The notes: generated from the letters alone by a model not told the origin. A stretch of DNA of 64,000 bases from Candidatus Saccharimonadia bacterium (GCA_035544015.1 DATKIP010000093.1:129156-193155), one strand, 5' to 3'. Positions 32,359-43,485 are shown, numbered from the stretch's first letter. Numbers and translations: made by a program.

Positions 32359-32990
32359 ACAAAGTAACCGCTTACTCGAAGACGGGCACTACCCGCGAGG
32401 CTGGCCACCAGCTCGACGCGACCGTATTTGGCGTCGAGGCCAACCATGAGCTCGTCGCGCAAGCTTACCGCACCTATCTGGCCAACGGCCGCGTAGCCGG
32501 CGCCAGCACCCTCAAGCGCGGCCAAGTCGCCGGCGGTGGCAAGAAGCCCTGGAAGCAAAAAGGCACGGGCCGGGCCCGCGTCGGCTCCATCCGTGTGCCC
32601 AACTGGCGAGGCGGCGGCGTGGTGTTTGGCCCCACCGGCAACGAGAACCACACCATTACTCTGCCGGTGCGCATGAAGCGTGCCGCCATTCGCCAAGCTC
32701 TCAGCCTGCGCGCCGAGGCCGGCAATATCGTGGTAATCGAAGCGTTCACAAGCGCCGATGGCAAAGTTAAGCCCACCGTCGAGCTCCTGAGCAAAATGGG
32801 TCTCGCCGGCAGCATCCTGATGGCCGTCAGCGTCAAAGACAACCTCACCGAGCGCGCCACGCGCAACGTGGCTGGCCTCAAGGTTGTTCAGGCCCAGTAC
32901 CTCAACGTCTTCGACATCATGAGCGTCGACACCATTGTTATCACCGAGAAAGCCCTCGACATGATCAAAGACTGGCTGGGAGAGAAATAA
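32355..32990 (+). CDS. rplD: 50S ribosomal protein L4
   Basis: KPWKQKGTGRAR...VFGP. Confidence 0.95.
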   Translation: MNKVTAYSKTGTTREAGHQLDATVFGVEANHELVAQAYRTYLANGRVAGASTLKRGQVAGGGKKPWKQKGTGRARVGSIRVPNWRGGGVVFGPTGNENHTITLPVRMKRAAIRQALSLRAEAGNIVVIEAFTSADGKVKPTVELLSKMGLAGSILMAVSVKDNLTERATRNVAGLKVVQAQYLNVFDIMSVDTIVITEKALDMIKDWLGEK

Positions 32991-33271
32991 TGTCACACCT
33001 CATGCTTACCCCCAAGATTAGCGAAAAAGCTATTTACCTCGCCGAACGCGGCATTTACGTGTTCGAGGTGCCGTCCGATACCAACAAGATCGAGGTGGCC
33101 AAGGCTGTCGAAGCCATGTTTAAGGTCAATGTAGTCGACGTGAACATTGCCATCACCAAGGGCAAGCTCAAGCGCTACAAGCAGATCTTTGGTCGCCAAA
33201 AAGACGTCAAGAAGGCCATGGTTAAGCTGCGGAGCGGTCAAACGATCGCCCTATTTGAGGGAGCAAAGTAA
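32990..33271 (+). CDS. rplW: 50S ribosomal protein L23
   Basis: PKISEKA...VFEVP.DTNK.EVAKAVE.MFKV. Confidence 0.95.
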   Translation: MSHLMLTPKISEKAIYLAERGIYVFEVPSDTNKIEVAKAVEAMFKVNVVDVNIAITKGKLKRYKQIFGRQKDVKKAMVKLRSGQTIALFEGAK

Positions 33272-34122
33272 TGGCTATTAAACTGTATAAACCAACCACG
33301 CCCGGCCGCCGCGGCATGACCACGGCCGACACCGAGGGACTTTCGAGGAAGCGCCCCGAAAAGTCGCTCATCGTTGCCAAGAAAACCGGCTCGGGCCGCA
33401 ACAATCAAGGCAAAATCACCGTCCGCCACCGCGGTGGTGGCATGAAGCGTTTCTACCGCCTCGTCGACTTTAACTTCAAATCGGTAGCCTCGGCCAAAGT
33501 CGAAGCCCTTGAGTACGACCCCAACCGTTCGGCCCACATCGCGCTCGTGCGCATCGAAGGCGGCAAGCTAGCCTACGTGCTGGCCGGCGCCGGCATGAAG
33601 GTTGGCGACCAGCTCGCTTCGGGCGAAGAGGCCGCCATTCGCGCCGGCAATCGCCTGGCCCTCAAGAGCATTCCCGCTGGCACCCAGATCTACAACATCG
33701 AGCTCGTCCTCGGCAAGGGCGGCCAGATCGCTCGCTCCGCCGGTACCAAGGCCTCGCTGGTATCCAAAGAGTCCACCAAGGCCGGCTTCGTCCAGGTGAA
33801 GCTCCCGAGCGGCGAAGTGCGTCTCGTAAACGAAAATTGCCAGGCTACCATCGGCACCGTTGGCAACGAGCAGCACCAGAACATTAAGTACGGCTCAGCC
33901 GGCCGCCGCCGCCGCCTCGGTTGGCGCCCCGCCGTTCGCGGTAAGGCCATGAACCCCGTCGATCACCCCCACGGTGGTGGAGAAGGCGCGCAGCCCACAG
34001 CTATTTATAAATACGGCCAGAAGACGCCATGGGGCAAGCCGGCTTTGGGTCTCAAGACCCGCCGCCGCAAGTCCACCGACGCCATGATTATCCGCGGCCG
34101 CGGCAAAGGTAGGAGACGCTAG
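33271..34122 (+). CDS. rplB: 50S ribosomal protein L2
   Basis: MAIKLYKPTTPGRRG...HPHGGGEG. Confidence 0.97.
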   Translation: MAIKLYKPTTPGRRGMTTADTEGLSRKRPEKSLIVAKKTGSGRNNQGKITVRHRGGGMKRFYRLVDFNFKSVASAKVEALEYDPNRSAHIALVRIEGGKLAYVLAGAGMKVGDQLASGEEAAIRAGNRLALKSIPAGTQIYNIELVLGKGGQIARSAGTKASLVSKESTKAGFVQVKLPSGEVRLVNENCQATIGTVGNEQHQNIKYGSAGRRRRLGWRPAVRGKAMNPVDHPHGGGEGAQPTAIYKYGQKTPWGKPALGLKTRRRKSTDAMIIRGRGKGRRR

Positions 34123-34395
34123 ATGAGTCGTTCACTCAAAAAAGGACCCCACGTAGACCAGCGGTTGCTCGGGCGCATTGTAGCACTCCCGGCCGGTGAT
34201 AAGTCGGTGCTCAAGACCTGGGCCCGCGCCTCCACCATTTCTCCCGAGATGGTCGGCCACACCATCGCCGTACACAACGGCCGCATGCACGTACCCGTGT
34301 TCGTATCTGAAAATATGGTTGGCCACAAGCTCGGCGAATTCTCGCCCACCCGCAAGTTCCGCGGCCACGGCGGTAAATTGGCGAAGAGTAAATAA
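34123..34395 (+). CDS. rpsS: 30S ribosomal protein S19
   Basis: [12 protein letters not shown]...HNGR..VPV. Confidence 0.97.
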   Translation: MSRSLKKGPHVDQRLLGRIVALPAGDKSVLKTWARASTISPEMVGHTIAVHNGRMHVPVFVSENMVGHKLGEFSPTRKFRGHGGKLAKSK

Positions 34396-34904
34396 TGAAA
34401 ACCTCAGCTACAGCTAAATTTGTCGGCACCTCGGCTCGCAAGACCGGGCTCGTGGCCGCCCTCATCCGCGGTCGTCGCGCCGTCGACGCTCAGGCCATCC
34501 TGGCCAACACCGACAAACGCGCCACCACGCCCGTGGGCAAGGTGCTCGCCTCGGCCATTGCCAACGCCGAAAACAACCACAACGCCAAAGTCGCCAACCT
34601 GGTGATCGAGGCCGTCCTTATCGGCCCCGGCCCCACGCTCAAGCGCTCCCGTCCCCGCGCCAAAGGCAGCGCCAGCGCCATCCGCAAGCGCTCCAGCCAC
34701 ATCACCGTCATCGTCAGCGACGGCGCATCGGTGGTAGTAGACGCAGGCAGCGCGAAGGGATCAGTCGCCTCGCCAGCCGGCGTAGGTTCTGATACCGGTT
34801 CCACCGAAAAGAAGGGTAGCGTTCGTCGGTCAGAGGCGACTGATCCCGCAGCGCCTAAAGCCAAAGCAGAGACCGCCAAAGAAGCTAAAGAGGAGGCCAA
34901 GTAA
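34395..34904 (+). CDS. rplV: 50S ribosomal protein L22 with ~55-aa Ala/Lys-rich C-terminal extension
   Basis: L22 core to ~aa 115 then low-complexity tail. Confidence 0.93.
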   Translation: MKTSATAKFVGTSARKTGLVAALIRGRRAVDAQAILANTDKRATTPVGKVLASAIANAENNHNAKVANLVIEAVLIGPGPTLKRSRPRAKGSASAIRKRSSHITVIVSDGASVVVDAGSAKGSVASPAGVGSDTGSTEKKGSVRRSEATDPAAPKAKAETAKEAKEEAK

Positions 34905-35530
34905 TGGGCCAGAAGATCAATCCCCGCAGCATGCGCCTCCAGGTCGACCACGACTGGCAGTCACGCTGGTACGCCGACCGCGATTACGCCACCTTCCTGA
35001 TCCAGGACCTCAAGTTGCGCGCGGCCATCTCGAAGAAGCTCAACAAGCGCGCCGGCGTGGCCCGTGTCGACATCGAGCGCTCGCCCGGCCAGTTGGTTGT
35101 TACCATCCACACCTCCAAGCCCGGCGTGGTCATCGGCCGCGGCGGTAGCGGCGCCGAAGAGCTCAAGACCCTGCTGGCCGCCATCGTTGGCGGTCCGGTG
35201 AAAGTCTCGATCGAAGAGGTCAAGAAGCCCGAAACCAACGCCATGCTCGTCGCCGAGAACATCGCCGGCCAGCTCGAGCGCCGCATCAGCTTCCGCCGCG
35301 CCATGAAGATGAGCGTCGAAAACGCCATGAAGAGCGGCGCGCTCGGCGCCAAAGTCGCCATCGCCGGCCGCCTCAACGGCGCCGAAATGGCCCGCCGCGA
35401 AAACGTCAGCCAGGGCAGCATTCCGCTCCACACCCTACGCGCCGACATCGACTACGCTCAGGCGCTGGCCAAGACCACCTACGGCGTCATTGGCGTGAAG
35501 GTTTGGGTATATAAAGGTTCGAAGTTTTAG
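34904..35530 (+). CDS. rpsC: 30S ribosomal protein S3
   Basis: MGQKINP...KH domain, 208 aa. Confidence 0.97.
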   Translation: MGQKINPRSMRLQVDHDWQSRWYADRDYATFLIQDLKLRAAISKKLNKRAGVARVDIERSPGQLVVTIHTSKPGVVIGRGGSGAEELKTLLAAIVGGPVKVSIEEVKKPETNAMLVAENIAGQLERRISFRRAMKMSVENAMKSGALGAKVAIAGRLNGAEMARRENVSQGSIPLHTLRADIDYAQALAKTTYGVIGVKVWVYKGSKF

Positions 35531-35539
35531 GACACCGCT

Positions 35540-35968
35540 ATGTTAATGCCAAAGAAAACCAAGTTTAGAAAGCAGATGAAGGGCGTAATGCGTGGCAATG
35601 CCACCCGTGGCACCGAGATCGCTTTTGGTACCTACGCGCTAAAGGCCGAGGCATCGGAGCGCATCACGAGCCGCCAGATCGAGGCTGCTCGCCGTGCCAT
35701 GACCCGCTACGTCAAGCGTGGCGGCAAAATCTGGATCCGCATTTTCCCCGACACGCCCATCACCAAGAAGCCAGCCGAAGTCCGCATGGGTTCGGGTAAA
35801 GGCTCGGTCGACCACTACGTCGCCAAGGTCAAAACCGGCGCCATCATGTTCGAAATGGACGGCGTCGACATCGAAACCGCCAAGGAAGCCATGCGTCTAG
35901 CCGCTCACAAATTACCCATCCCCACGCGATTTATCGTCCGTGAAGTCCCGGGAGAGACCCAGTCATGA
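35540..35968 (+). CDS. rplP: 50S ribosomal protein L16
   Basis: [12 protein letters not shown].. Confidence 0.97.
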   Translation: MLMPKKTKFRKQMKGVMRGNATRGTEIAFGTYALKAEASERITSRQIEAARRAMTRYVKRGGKIWIRIFPDTPITKKPAEVRMGSGKGSVDHYVAKVKTGAIMFEMDGVDIETAKEAMRLAAHKLPIPTRFIVREVPGETQS

Positions 35969-36177
35969 TTAAGTTGAATGAAATAACCAAGAAGACCGAC
36001 CAGGAACTAAACGACTTTATCGTTTCCGAACGCGCAGCATTGGCCCAGGCCATCATCGACAGCCGCACCAAGGAAGTCAAAGGCGTCAAAATTCTGGCGG
36101 CTCACAAGAAAACCATCGCCCGTGCGCTCACGCTTCGCCGCGAACGCGCGATCGCTAAAGAGGAGGCCGCGTCATGA
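35965..36177 (+). CDS. rpmC: 50S ribosomal protein L29
   Basis: position and 70-aa helical protein. Confidence 0.9.
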   Translation: MIKLNEITKKTDQELNDFIVSERAALAQAIIDSRTKEVKGVKILAAHKKTIARALTLRRERAIAKEEAAS

Positions 36178-36425
36178 TTCGAACACTTCGGGGGACAGTT
36201 GTCTCCGACAAAATGGACAAGACGGTCGTGGTCGCGGTAAACAGTGTCAAAGAACACCCGATCTACCGTAAGAAGTACAAAGTAACCACTCGCTTCAAGG
36301 CTCACGACGCCGAGAACGCAATGCATACCGGAGACCTCGTGGAGATCACCGAGACTCGGCCATTGTCGAAAGACAAGCGCTGGGAAGTTGCCCGTAAAGT
36401 GACGGCCAAGGAGATGGAGGCCTAA
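36174..36425 (+). CDS. rpsQ: 30S ribosomal protein S17
   Basis: [18 protein letters not shown].. Confidence 0.95.
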   Translation: MIRTLRGTVVSDKMDKTVVVAVNSVKEHPIYRKKYKVTTRFKAHDAENAMHTGDLVEITETRPLSKDKRWEVARKVTAKEMEA

Positions 36426-36426
36426 T

Positions 36427-36795
36427 ATGATTCAGGCAGAAACCAGACTCAAAGTAGCCGACAACTCCGGCGCCAAGGACATCTTGTGCATCAAGGTGCT
36501 CGGTGGCTCACGCCGTCGCTACGCCCACGTTGGCGACATCATCACCGCCAGCGTCAAGTCGGCCTTGCCCGGTGCCGGCGTCAAGAAAAAAGAAATAGTT
36601 CGGGCGGTCATCGTGCGCACCGTCAAAGACACCAAGCGCGCCGACGGCTCCAGCATTCGCTTCGATGAAAACGCCGCCGTACTCATCACCAAAGACGGCC
36701 TGCCCCGCGGCACCCGCATCTTTGGCCCCATTGCCCGCGAGCTGCGCGACGGTGGCTATATGAAGATTATCTCGCTCGCTCCGGAGGTGCTGTAA
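36427..36795 (+). CDS. rplN: 50S ribosomal protein L14
   Basis: [17 protein letters not shown]. Confidence 0.97.
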   Translation: MIQAETRLKVADNSGAKDILCIKVLGGSRRRYAHVGDIITASVKSALPGAGVKKKEIVRAVIVRTVKDTKRADGSSIRFDENAAVLITKDGLPRGTRIFGPIARELRDGGYMKIISLAPEVL

Positions 36796-37172
36796 TGAAA
36801 CTCCGTAGAGACGATAAAGTCATCGTGATCACCGGCCGCGACAAGGGCAAAACCGGCACCGTTATGGCCGTACTCCCCGCGCAAAACAAGATTGTGGTCG
36901 AGAACATCAACGTGGTAAAGCGCCACACCAAGCCCTCGCAGAAACTCCCGCGCGGCGGCATCCTGGACATCACCAAGCCTATCGACGCCTCCAAGGTCAT
37001 GGTGCTCGACCCCGCCTCCGGCAAACCGGCTCGCGTTGGTTACCAGATCAAGCCCGACGGCACCAAGGAGCGCATCTTCAAGGTGAGCGCCAATCACGAC
37101 AAAGCCGCCAAGAAGGCCGAGACCAAACCCGCCAAAAAGTCCCCATCACCTAGCAAAGCAGGTAAGAAGTAA
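36795..37172 (+). CDS. rplX: 50S ribosomal protein L24 (Lys/Ala-rich C-terminal tail)
   Basis: KVIVITGRDKGKTGTV; KOW motif. Confidence 0.94.
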   Translation: MKLRRDDKVIVITGRDKGKTGTVMAVLPAQNKIVVENINVVKRHTKPSQKLPRGGILDITKPIDASKVMVLDPASGKPARVGYQIKPDGTKERIFKVSANHDKAAKKAETKPAKKSPSPSKAGKK

Positions 37173-37717
37173 TGAATAGATTAAGCGAAAAATACCAGAA
37201 AACCGCCGTACCGGCACTCAAAGATGAGTTCAAGTACACCAATCCTCACCAAGTCCCCCGCATCCAGAAGGTCGTGGTGAGTGCCGGTGTGGGTCGCGCA
37301 GTCAGTGATGCCAAGCATCTCGACGCCGCGGCTGAGACGCTCGCCAAAATCACCGGTCAGCACCCCGTTACCACCATCGCCCGCAAGAGCATCGCCAGCT
37401 TCAAGCTGCGCGAAGGCAACAAGGTCGGTACCACCGTCACGCTGCGCGGGGCTCGCGCCGAAGAGTTCGTGGACCTGCTCGTGAGCGTGGTGTTGCCCCG
37501 CATCCGCGACTTCCGCGGCATTTCGGCCACCGCCTTCGATCCATTTGGCAATTACAGCCTCGGACTGCCCGATCACACCATCTTCCCGCAGATCGCCTTC
37601 GAAGAAGCCGGCGCTCCGCACGGATTGCAGATCAATGTGGTCACGAGCGCTAAAACTGCCGCCGAAGGCAAACGTTTACTACAGTTAATGGGATTTCCCT
37701 TTAGGAAGGACGCATAA
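37172..37717 (+). CDS. rplE: 50S ribosomal protein L5
   Basis: canonical L5, 181 aa. Confidence 0.96.
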   Translation: MNRLSEKYQKTAVPALKDEFKYTNPHQVPRIQKVVVSAGVGRAVSDAKHLDAAAETLAKITGQHPVTTIARKSIASFKLREGNKVGTTVTLRGARAEEFVDLLVSVVLPRIRDFRGISATAFDPFGNYSLGLPDHTIFPQIAFEEAGAPHGLQINVVTSAKTAAEGKRLLQLMGFPFRKDA

Positions 37718-37902
37718 TGGCACGAGTAGCACTAGTCGTAAAAGCTGCGCGCAAACCGAAGTTTTCGACCCGCAAAGTCAACCGCTGCCAGGTTTGTGGT
37801 CGTCCGCGCGGTTATATCCGTAAATTCGCCCTGTGCCGGATATGCTTCCGCGAATTCGCTTCGCGCGGGCAAATCCCCGGCGTCACTAAGGCGAGTTGGT
37901 AA
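37717..37902 (+). CDS. rpsZ: 30S ribosomal protein S14 type Z (zinc-binding, 61 aa)
   Basis: [20 protein letters not shown]. Confidence 0.95.
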   Translation: MARVALVVKAARKPKFSTRKVNRCQVCGRPRGYIRKFALCRICFREFASRGQIPGVTKASW

Positions 37903-37913
37903 GGAGATAAGCT

Positions 37914-38300
37914 ATGTTTAACGATTCAATTTCCGATCTCCTCACGCGCATCCGCAACGCCAACACGGCGCACAAGCGCTTGGTGGTGATGCCGTATTCC
38001 AAGCTCAAGGCGCAGGTCGCCGAGATCTTGGCCGCTAATGGCTTCCTCGAGGACGTCAAAGTGGCTGAGGATGGTGGCTTCAAGTCGCTCGAGCTGACGC
38101 TCCCGGCCAGCCCCGACACCATCACCTCGCTCATTCGCGTGTCCAAGCCGGGCCGCCGCGTCTACACGAGCGCTCAAGATATCCCGCTGGTTCTCGGCGG
38201 GCGCGGCCTCGTCATCGTCTCCACCTCAGGTGGCGTCATGACCGGCCGAGACGCTCGCAAGAAGGGCTTGGGCGGCGAACTAATCTGTAGGGTGTGGTAA
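37914..38300 (+). CDS. rpsH: 30S ribosomal protein S8
   Basis: DSISDLLTRIRNA. Confidence 0.96.
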   Translation: MFNDSISDLLTRIRNANTAHKRLVVMPYSKLKAQVAEILAANGFLEDVKVAEDGGFKSLELTLPASPDTITSLIRVSKPGRRVYTSAQDIPLVLGGRGLVIVSTSGGVMTGRDARKKGLGGELICRVW

Positions 38301-38301
38301 C

Positions 38302-38841
38302 ATGAGTAGAATTGGACGAAAACCAATTATCGTGCCGGCCGGCGTCAACGTCGAGCTCAATGGCCAGCATGTCAAAGTCACCGGTCCCAAGGGCGCGCTT
38401 GAGCTAACCGTGCTCCCCGGTATCACCATCGAGCAAGACGGCTCCACGCTCACGCTCGCCCGAGCCGTAGAAACCGCCGAAACTGGCCGCTCATACGGCC
38501 TGATGCGCACGCTCGTCGACAACATGGTGGTGGGCGTTTCGAGCGGCTTCACCCGCGCGCTCGAAATCAACGGCGTCGGTTTCCGCGCTGCGGTCGCCGG
38601 TAACACCATCAATCTCAGCCTCGGATTCTCGCACCCAGTCGTGTTTACCCTGCCACAGGGGGTCGAAGCCAAGATCGAGAAGAACGTCATCACCCTCAGT
38701 GGCTTCGACAAGCAGCAAGTCGGCCAAGTCGCCGCCAACCTGCGGGCGCTCAAGAAGCCGGAGCCGTACAAGGGCAAGGGTATCAAATACGTAGAGGAGC
38801 AGATCCGCCGCAAGGCCGGCAAGACTGCTACAAAGGGTTAA
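38302..38841 (+). CDS. rplF: 50S ribosomal protein L6
   Basis: MSRIGRKPI.VPAGV. Confidence 0.96.
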   Translation: MSRIGRKPIIVPAGVNVELNGQHVKVTGPKGALELTVLPGITIEQDGSTLTLARAVETAETGRSYGLMRTLVDNMVVGVSSGFTRALEINGVGFRAAVAGNTINLSLGFSHPVVFTLPQGVEAKIEKNVITLSGFDKQQVGQVAANLRALKKPEPYKGKGIKYVEEQIRRKAGKTATKG

Positions 38842-38846
38842 AAACT

Positions 38847-39194
38847 ATGATTAATCAAACACTAGCCAAACTCAACCGCCGCCGCGCCCGCGTTCGCTCC
38901 CGGGTATCGGGTGTGGCCGCGCGCCCGCGTCTGTCAGTCAAGATCACCCTCAGCCACGTGCAAGCCCAGCTCATCGATGACACTACCGGCCGCACGCTCG
39001 CCGCCGCCACGACCGTCGGACAAGATGTCAAAGGCACGATGACCGAAAAAGCCGTATGGGTAGGCGAAAAGATTGCCACCGCCGCCAAGGCCAAGAAGAT
39101 TAAGCAGGTCGTGTTCGACCGCAACGGCCGCATCTACCACGGCCGCCTGCACGCACTCGCCGAGGCCGCCCGTAACGCTGGATTGGAGTTTTAG
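38847..39194 (+). CDS. rplR: 50S ribosomal protein L18
   Basis: [19 protein letters not shown]. Confidence 0.95.
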   Translation: MINQTLAKLNRRRARVRSRVSGVAARPRLSVKITLSHVQAQLIDDTTGRTLAAATTVGQDVKGTMTEKAVWVGEKIATAAKAKKIKQVVFDRNGRIYHGRLHALAEAARNAGLEF

Positions 39195-39195
39195 C

Positions 39196-39699
39196 ATGGC
39201 TATCGAACAACAGCCCAAAGAATTCGAAGAAAAGGTCATAGCCATCGACCGCGTCGCACGCGTCGTGAAGGGTGGTCGTCGCTTCCGCTTCCGCGCCACC
39301 GTCGTGGTCGGCGATGGCAAGGGCCGCGTCGGCGTCGGCGTCGGCAAGGGCTCAGAGGTTATGACCTCTATCGCCAAGGCCGTCGCTCGTGCCAAAAGCC
39401 AAATGATCACCGTGCCGCTCAAAGATCGCACCATCCCGCACGAAATCCAGGTTCGGTTTGCCGGCGCTATCGTGCTCCTCAAGCCCGCCTCGGCTGGTAC
39501 CGGCGTTATCGCCGGCGGCGCCGTCCGCAATGTCGTGGAAGTAGCCGGCATCCGAGACCTGTTGACCAAATCACTCGGCTCAAGTAATAAAGTAAACAAT
39601 GCTTATGCCACCGCCCTGGCCCTTTCTCGCCTCAAAGGCGAAATCCGGCCGCTAACGCAGAGCAAGACCAAGAAGGAGCCGGCAGCCACTGCCGCATAA
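39196..39699 (+). CDS. rpsE: 30S ribosomal protein S5
   Basis: [23 protein letters not shown]; start ATG 39196 immediately after rplR stop. Confidence 0.95.
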   Translation: MAIEQQPKEFEEKVIAIDRVARVVKGGRRFRFRATVVVGDGKGRVGVGVGKGSEVMTSIAKAVARAKSQMITVPLKDRTIPHEIQVRFAGAIVLLKPASAGTGVIAGGAVRNVVEVAGIRDLLTKSLGSSNKVNNAYATALALSRLKGEIRPLTQSKTKKEPAATAA

Positions 39700-39708
39700 G
39701 GACCCGCA

Positions 39709-40254
39709 ATGAAGATTCACGAACTCAATCTCCAGTCCGCCAAGGATAAAAAGCGCGTCGGTCGCGGTATCGGCTCAGGCTACGGCAAGACCGCCGGTCG
39801 CGGTACCAAGGGCCAAAACGCCCGTACCGGCGGCGGTGTCCGCATCGGCTTCGAGGGTGGCCAGAACCCCCTCGCCAAGCGTCTGCCCAAAAAGCGCGGC
39901 TTCACCGCTCTTTCTCACACCGAGTACCAAACCGTAAACCTCGGCTCGCTCGACCGCTTCAAGGCGGGCTCGACGATCGATGGTGCAGCGCTTGCCGCCG
40001 CGGGCCTCGTCAAGAAAGCCGGTGAGCGCATCAAGCTGCTCGGAACCGGCGAAGTTACCAAGAAATTGGTGGTCAAAGTGACCGCCGTCAGTCAGACAGC
40101 CAAAGCCGCCATCGAAGCTGCCGGTGGCTCCATCGAGTTGATCAAATACGTCGCTACCCCCAAAAAGGCCACGCGGCCCCAGCCCGCAGCCGACGACGGC
40201 AAACCAACCGCCAAGTCCGACACTAAGCCCACTGAGGAGCACACCGAGGCATAA
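39709..40254 (+). CDS. rplO: 50S ribosomal protein L15 (directly follows S5; no L30 gene between)
   Basis: MKIHELNLQSAKDKKRVGRGIGSGYGKT. Confidence 0.95.
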   Translation: MKIHELNLQSAKDKKRVGRGIGSGYGKTAGRGTKGQNARTGGGVRIGFEGGQNPLAKRLPKKRGFTALSHTEYQTVNLGSLDRFKAGSTIDGAALAAAGLVKKAGERIKLLGTGEVTKKLVVKVTAVSQTAKAAIEAAGGSIELIKYVATPKKATRPQPAADDGKPTAKSDTKPTEEHTEA

Positions 40255-41567
40255 TGAACCTATCCAGTCTCAAGCAGATCTACCGTTCCCCAGATCTGCG
40301 CCGGAGGGTGCTGGTGGTTCTTGGTCTCATAATTATCTTCCGCTTCTTGGCGCACGTGCCGGTGCCAGTGCCGGACAATGCCGCGCTGTCGAATTTTCTC
40401 AAATTCATTTTCAACTCCAACAAAGTCCTCGGTTTCGCTGACGTTTTTTCCGGCGGCGCTCTGGCCAATTTCTCGATCATCATGATGGGCGTGGGCCCGT
40501 ATATCAACGCGTCGATCATCATGCAGCTCCTTCAGCAGGTGGTGCCGCAGTTTGAGGCACTCTCCAAAGAGGGTGAGCAAGGCCGCCGCAAGCTCAACCA
40601 ATACACTCGCCTGCTTACCCTACCGCTGGCATTGGTGCAGTCGTTTGGCATGGTGTTTCTCATTCAGCAAACCTCGATTCGCGTGGCCAACACCGACGTC
40701 ATTGGGCATCCCAACCCTTTGCAATGGGCCCTCATGGTCTCGACCATCACCGCCGGCACTATGCTCCTCATGTGGATCGGCGAAATAATCACCGAAAAGG
40801 GGATTGGCAACGGCATCTCGCTCATCATCTTTTGCGGTATCGTTTCACGCCTGCCTACGAGCGCCGGACAGTTCGCTAGCCTGGCTTCCGGCGATGCGGG
40901 TAAAATCATCACCGTTATCGGGTTCTTACTCGCCACCCTCGCCATCATTGCCTTCATAGTGCTGCTCAATGAGGGCACACGCAACATCCCCGTGTCGTAC
41001 GCCAAACGCACCCGTGGTGACCGTATTTTTGCCGGCGTCGACACCCATCTGCCCCTGCGCGTCATCACGGCCGGCGTTATCCCTATCATCTTTGCGCTCG
41101 CGTTTCTCTCGATCCCCGGTTTGCTCGGCCAGGTGCTCACGAGCGCCAAGACCCACTGGGTAGCCCAATTCGCATCTACGCTCAATAGCTGGTTTTCCCC
41201 CAATGGCGTCGTGTACGCGGTCTCGTATTTTGTGCTCGTGGTGGCCTTCACCTACTTCTACACCTCGGTGGTCTTCAATCCCAAAGACATTGCCGAAAAC
41301 CTCCAAAAACAAGGTGGCTTCATTCCCGGCATCCGTCCCGGCAACCAAACCGCAACCTACCTCAAGCGGGTAGTCAACCGCATCACTCTGGCCGGCGCGT
41401 TCGGCCTAGGCTTCATCGCGGTACTGCCGTTTATCGGCCAAGCCTTCACCAATAGCCAGGTCCTCACCTTTGGCGGCACCGGACTGCTCATCGTGGTCTC
41501 GGTAGCTCTCGAGACTCTCAAACAACTCGAAGCCCAGGCTATCACCACCTCCTACGAACAGTATTAG
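40254..41567 (+). CDS. secY: preprotein translocase SecY
   Basis: 10 TM, conserved SecY motifs; TAATG overlap with rplO. Confidence 0.96.
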   Translation: MNLSSLKQIYRSPDLRRRVLVVLGLIIIFRFLAHVPVPVPDNAALSNFLKFIFNSNKVLGFADVFSGGALANFSIIMMGVGPYINASIIMQLLQQVVPQFEALSKEGEQGRRKLNQYTRLLTLPLALVQSFGMVFLIQQTSIRVANTDVIGHPNPLQWALMVSTITAGTMLLMWIGEIITEKGIGNGISLIIFCGIVSRLPTSAGQFASLASGDAGKIITVIGFLLATLAIIAFIVLLNEGTRNIPVSYAKRTRGDRIFAGVDTHLPLRVITAGVIPIIFALAFLSIPGLLGQVLTSAKTHWVAQFASTLNSWFSPNGVVYAVSYFVLVVAFTYFYTSVVFNPKDIAENLQKQGGFIPGIRPGNQTATYLKRVVNRITLAGAFGLGFIAVLPFIGQAFTNSQVLTFGGTGLLIVVSVALETLKQLEAQAITTSYEQY

Positions 41568-41574
41568 GGCAAAC

Positions 41575-42243
41575 ATGGCCGACGCGAGCAACAACCGCCT
41601 CACGCTCCAGGCTTACGAAGATAATCTTCAGGCCTACATCGAAGGTACGCCGCAGACCGTGCACGGGCCGTTTCAGAAGTGGCTCGACCAAGTGCTTGGC
41701 CATATTGCGCGCGGCGGCACCATTCTCGAACTCGGCACCGCCTTTGGCCGGGACGCCGATTATATTGAGGCTCACGGCTTTCGCGTCGTGCGAACCGATG
41801 CCGTCACCGGCTTCGTCGACCTGCTCGCAGCCCAAGCGCAGGCGGCTCATCGGCTCGACGCCCTCGCCGATGATTTTGGTGGTCCCTACGACGCCGTATA
41901 CGCCAATGCTGTCGTACTGCACTTCACGCCCCAACAGCTCGCAGAGGTGCTCCGCAAAGCCCACACGGCCCTCGCCAGCGATGGCATCCTAGCATTTACG
42001 GTCAAACAAGGTAGCGGTGCGGGTTGGAATACCGACAAACTAGGCGCCAAACGCTACTTTCACTATTGGACAGCCGACCCCCTGGCCGAGCTTGTGAAGT
42101 CGGCAAACTTCGAAATAATCCAGCTCGAAAGCGGATCATACCCCCACCGACCCGACACTATCTGGTTGCGGGTGATAGCCCGCAAATCCAACCCAGGAGC
42201 AAAAATCCCCGAAACAGATACAAAAGCCTTTACAACCCACTAA
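41575..42243 (+). CDS. class I SAM-dependent methyltransferase (occupies the usual adk/map position)
   Basis: ILELGTAFGRDADYIEAHGFRVVRTD motif I/II; 222 aa. Confidence 0.7.
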   Translation: MADASNNRLTLQAYEDNLQAYIEGTPQTVHGPFQKWLDQVLGHIARGGTILELGTAFGRDADYIEAHGFRVVRTDAVTGFVDLLAAQAQAAHRLDALADDFGGPYDAVYANAVVLHFTPQQLAEVLRKAHTALASDGILAFTVKQGSGAGWNTDKLGAKRYFHYWTADPLAELVKSANFEIIQLESGSYPHRPDTIWLRVIARKSNPGAKIPETDTKAFTTH

Positions 42244-42257
42244 GATTTATCTATAAT
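42229..42257 (+). promoter_or_regulatory. sigma70-like promoter (TTTACA-17-TATAAT) for infA-rpmJ-rpsM... inside 3' end of methyltransferase gene
   Basis: -35 42229-42234, -10 42252-42257. Confidence 0.5.
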
Positions 42258-42275
42258 CGACAACTGTAGTCATAT

Positions 42276-42539
42276 ATGCCAGTCAAGAAGAAACCCACAA
42301 GGCCGGAACGCCCCGGCAAGCGAGCCACAAAGGAAGTAATTGAGCTCGAAGGCACCGTCCTTGAGTCTCTACCAAACGCCCTTTTTAAGGTAGAGCTCGA
42401 GAACGGCCACATTGTGTTAGCGCACATATCTGGCAAAATGAGGATGCACTATATCCGCATCATCCCAGGCGACCGGTTGACTCTGGAAATGACACCGTAC
42501 GACCTTACCAAGGCCCGTATCACGTTCCGGCATAAATAA
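42276..42539 (+). CDS. infA: translation initiation factor IF-1 (with ~16-aa basic N-terminal extension)
   Basis: [37 protein letters not shown]. Confidence 0.95.
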   Translation: MPVKKKPTRPERPGKRATKEVIELEGTVLESLPNALFKVELENGHIVLAHISGKMRMHYIRIIPGDRLTLEMTPYDLTKARITFRHK

Positions 42540-42559
42540 TTAACGACGAGGACACCCCC

Positions 42560-42676
42560 GTGAAAGTACGCGCCAGCGTCAAACCAATCTGCGCCCGCTG
42601 CAAAGTCATCAAACGCGAAGGCGTGGTGCGTGTGATTTGCGAAGTGAAGCCCCGTCATAAGCAGAGGCAGGGTTAG
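42560..42676 (+). CDS. rpmJ: 50S ribosomal protein L36 (38 aa; GTG start; absent from ORF track)
   Basis: [38 protein letters not shown], zinc-ribbon Cys pattern. Confidence 0.93.
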   Translation: MKVRASVKPICARCKVIKREGVVRVICEVKPRHKQRQG

Positions 42677-42679
42677 CAC

Positions 42680-43066
42680 GTGGCACGTATTTCCGGCGTC
42701 AACATTCCCGAGGCAAAGCGAGTCGAAATCGCCCTCACCTACGTTTTTGGTATTGGTCCCACCACTAGCCGCAAAATTTTAGCCACCACTGGCATCAACC
42801 CCGACACGCGAGTCAAGGACCTCACCGAGCCCGAAATCTCCAAGCTCCGTGAGCTCATCGACAAGAATTACCGGGTCGAAGGTGACCTCCAGCGCGAAAT
42901 CAGTCTCAACATCAAGCGGCTCAAAGAAATCAACTCGTACCGCGGTTTGCGCCACAAGGCCAACCTGCCGGTCCGGGGTCAGCGCACCAAGACCAACGCC
43001 CGCACCAAGCGCGGCCGCAAGGTCACCATGGGCTCCGGTCGTAAAAAAGCGGCATCTAAGACGTAA
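42680..43066 (+). CDS. rpsM: 30S ribosomal protein S13
   Basis: [21 protein letters not shown]. Confidence 0.96.
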   Translation: MARISGVNIPEAKRVEIALTYVFGIGPTTSRKILATTGINPDTRVKDLTEPEISKLRELIDKNYRVEGDLQREISLNIKRLKEINSYRGLRHKANLPVRGQRTKTNARTKRGRKVTMGSGRKKAASKT

Positions 43067-43077
43067 GGAATATTCAG

Positions 43078-43485
43078 ATGATGGCGAAACCAACCCCCAA
43101 AACCACGTCCACTGCCCGCCGGCGCAAGATCAAGCGTTCGGTTGCTACTGGTCAGATGCACGTACAGGCCACGTTCAACAATACTATCGTGACGTTTACC
43201 GACGAGCGCGGCAACGCACTATCGTGGGCCAGCTCCGGCTCCAGTGGCTTCAAGGGCAGTCGCAAAAGCACGCCCTACGCTGCGCAAACCGCCGCCGAGC
43301 GCGCCGCAACTGCCGCCAAAGATTACGGCCTCACTCGAGTTGACGTGCTCGTCAACGGCGTCGGCAGTGGCCGCGAGTCGGCTATCCGCGCCCTCACCAC
43401 CATGGGCATCGCCGTCACAAGCATTAAGGACGTCACCGGCATTCCGCACGGCGGCTGCCGACCGCGAAAGGCAAGGAGAGTCTAA
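43078..43485 (+). CDS. rpsK: 30S ribosomal protein S11
   Basis: canonical S11, 135 aa. Confidence 0.96.
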   Translation: MMAKPTPKTTSTARRRKIKRSVATGQMHVQATFNNTIVTFTDERGNALSWASSGSSGFKGSRKSTPYAAQTAAERAATAAKDYGLTRVDVLVNGVGSGRESAIRALTTMGIAVTSIKDVTGIPHGGCRPRKARRV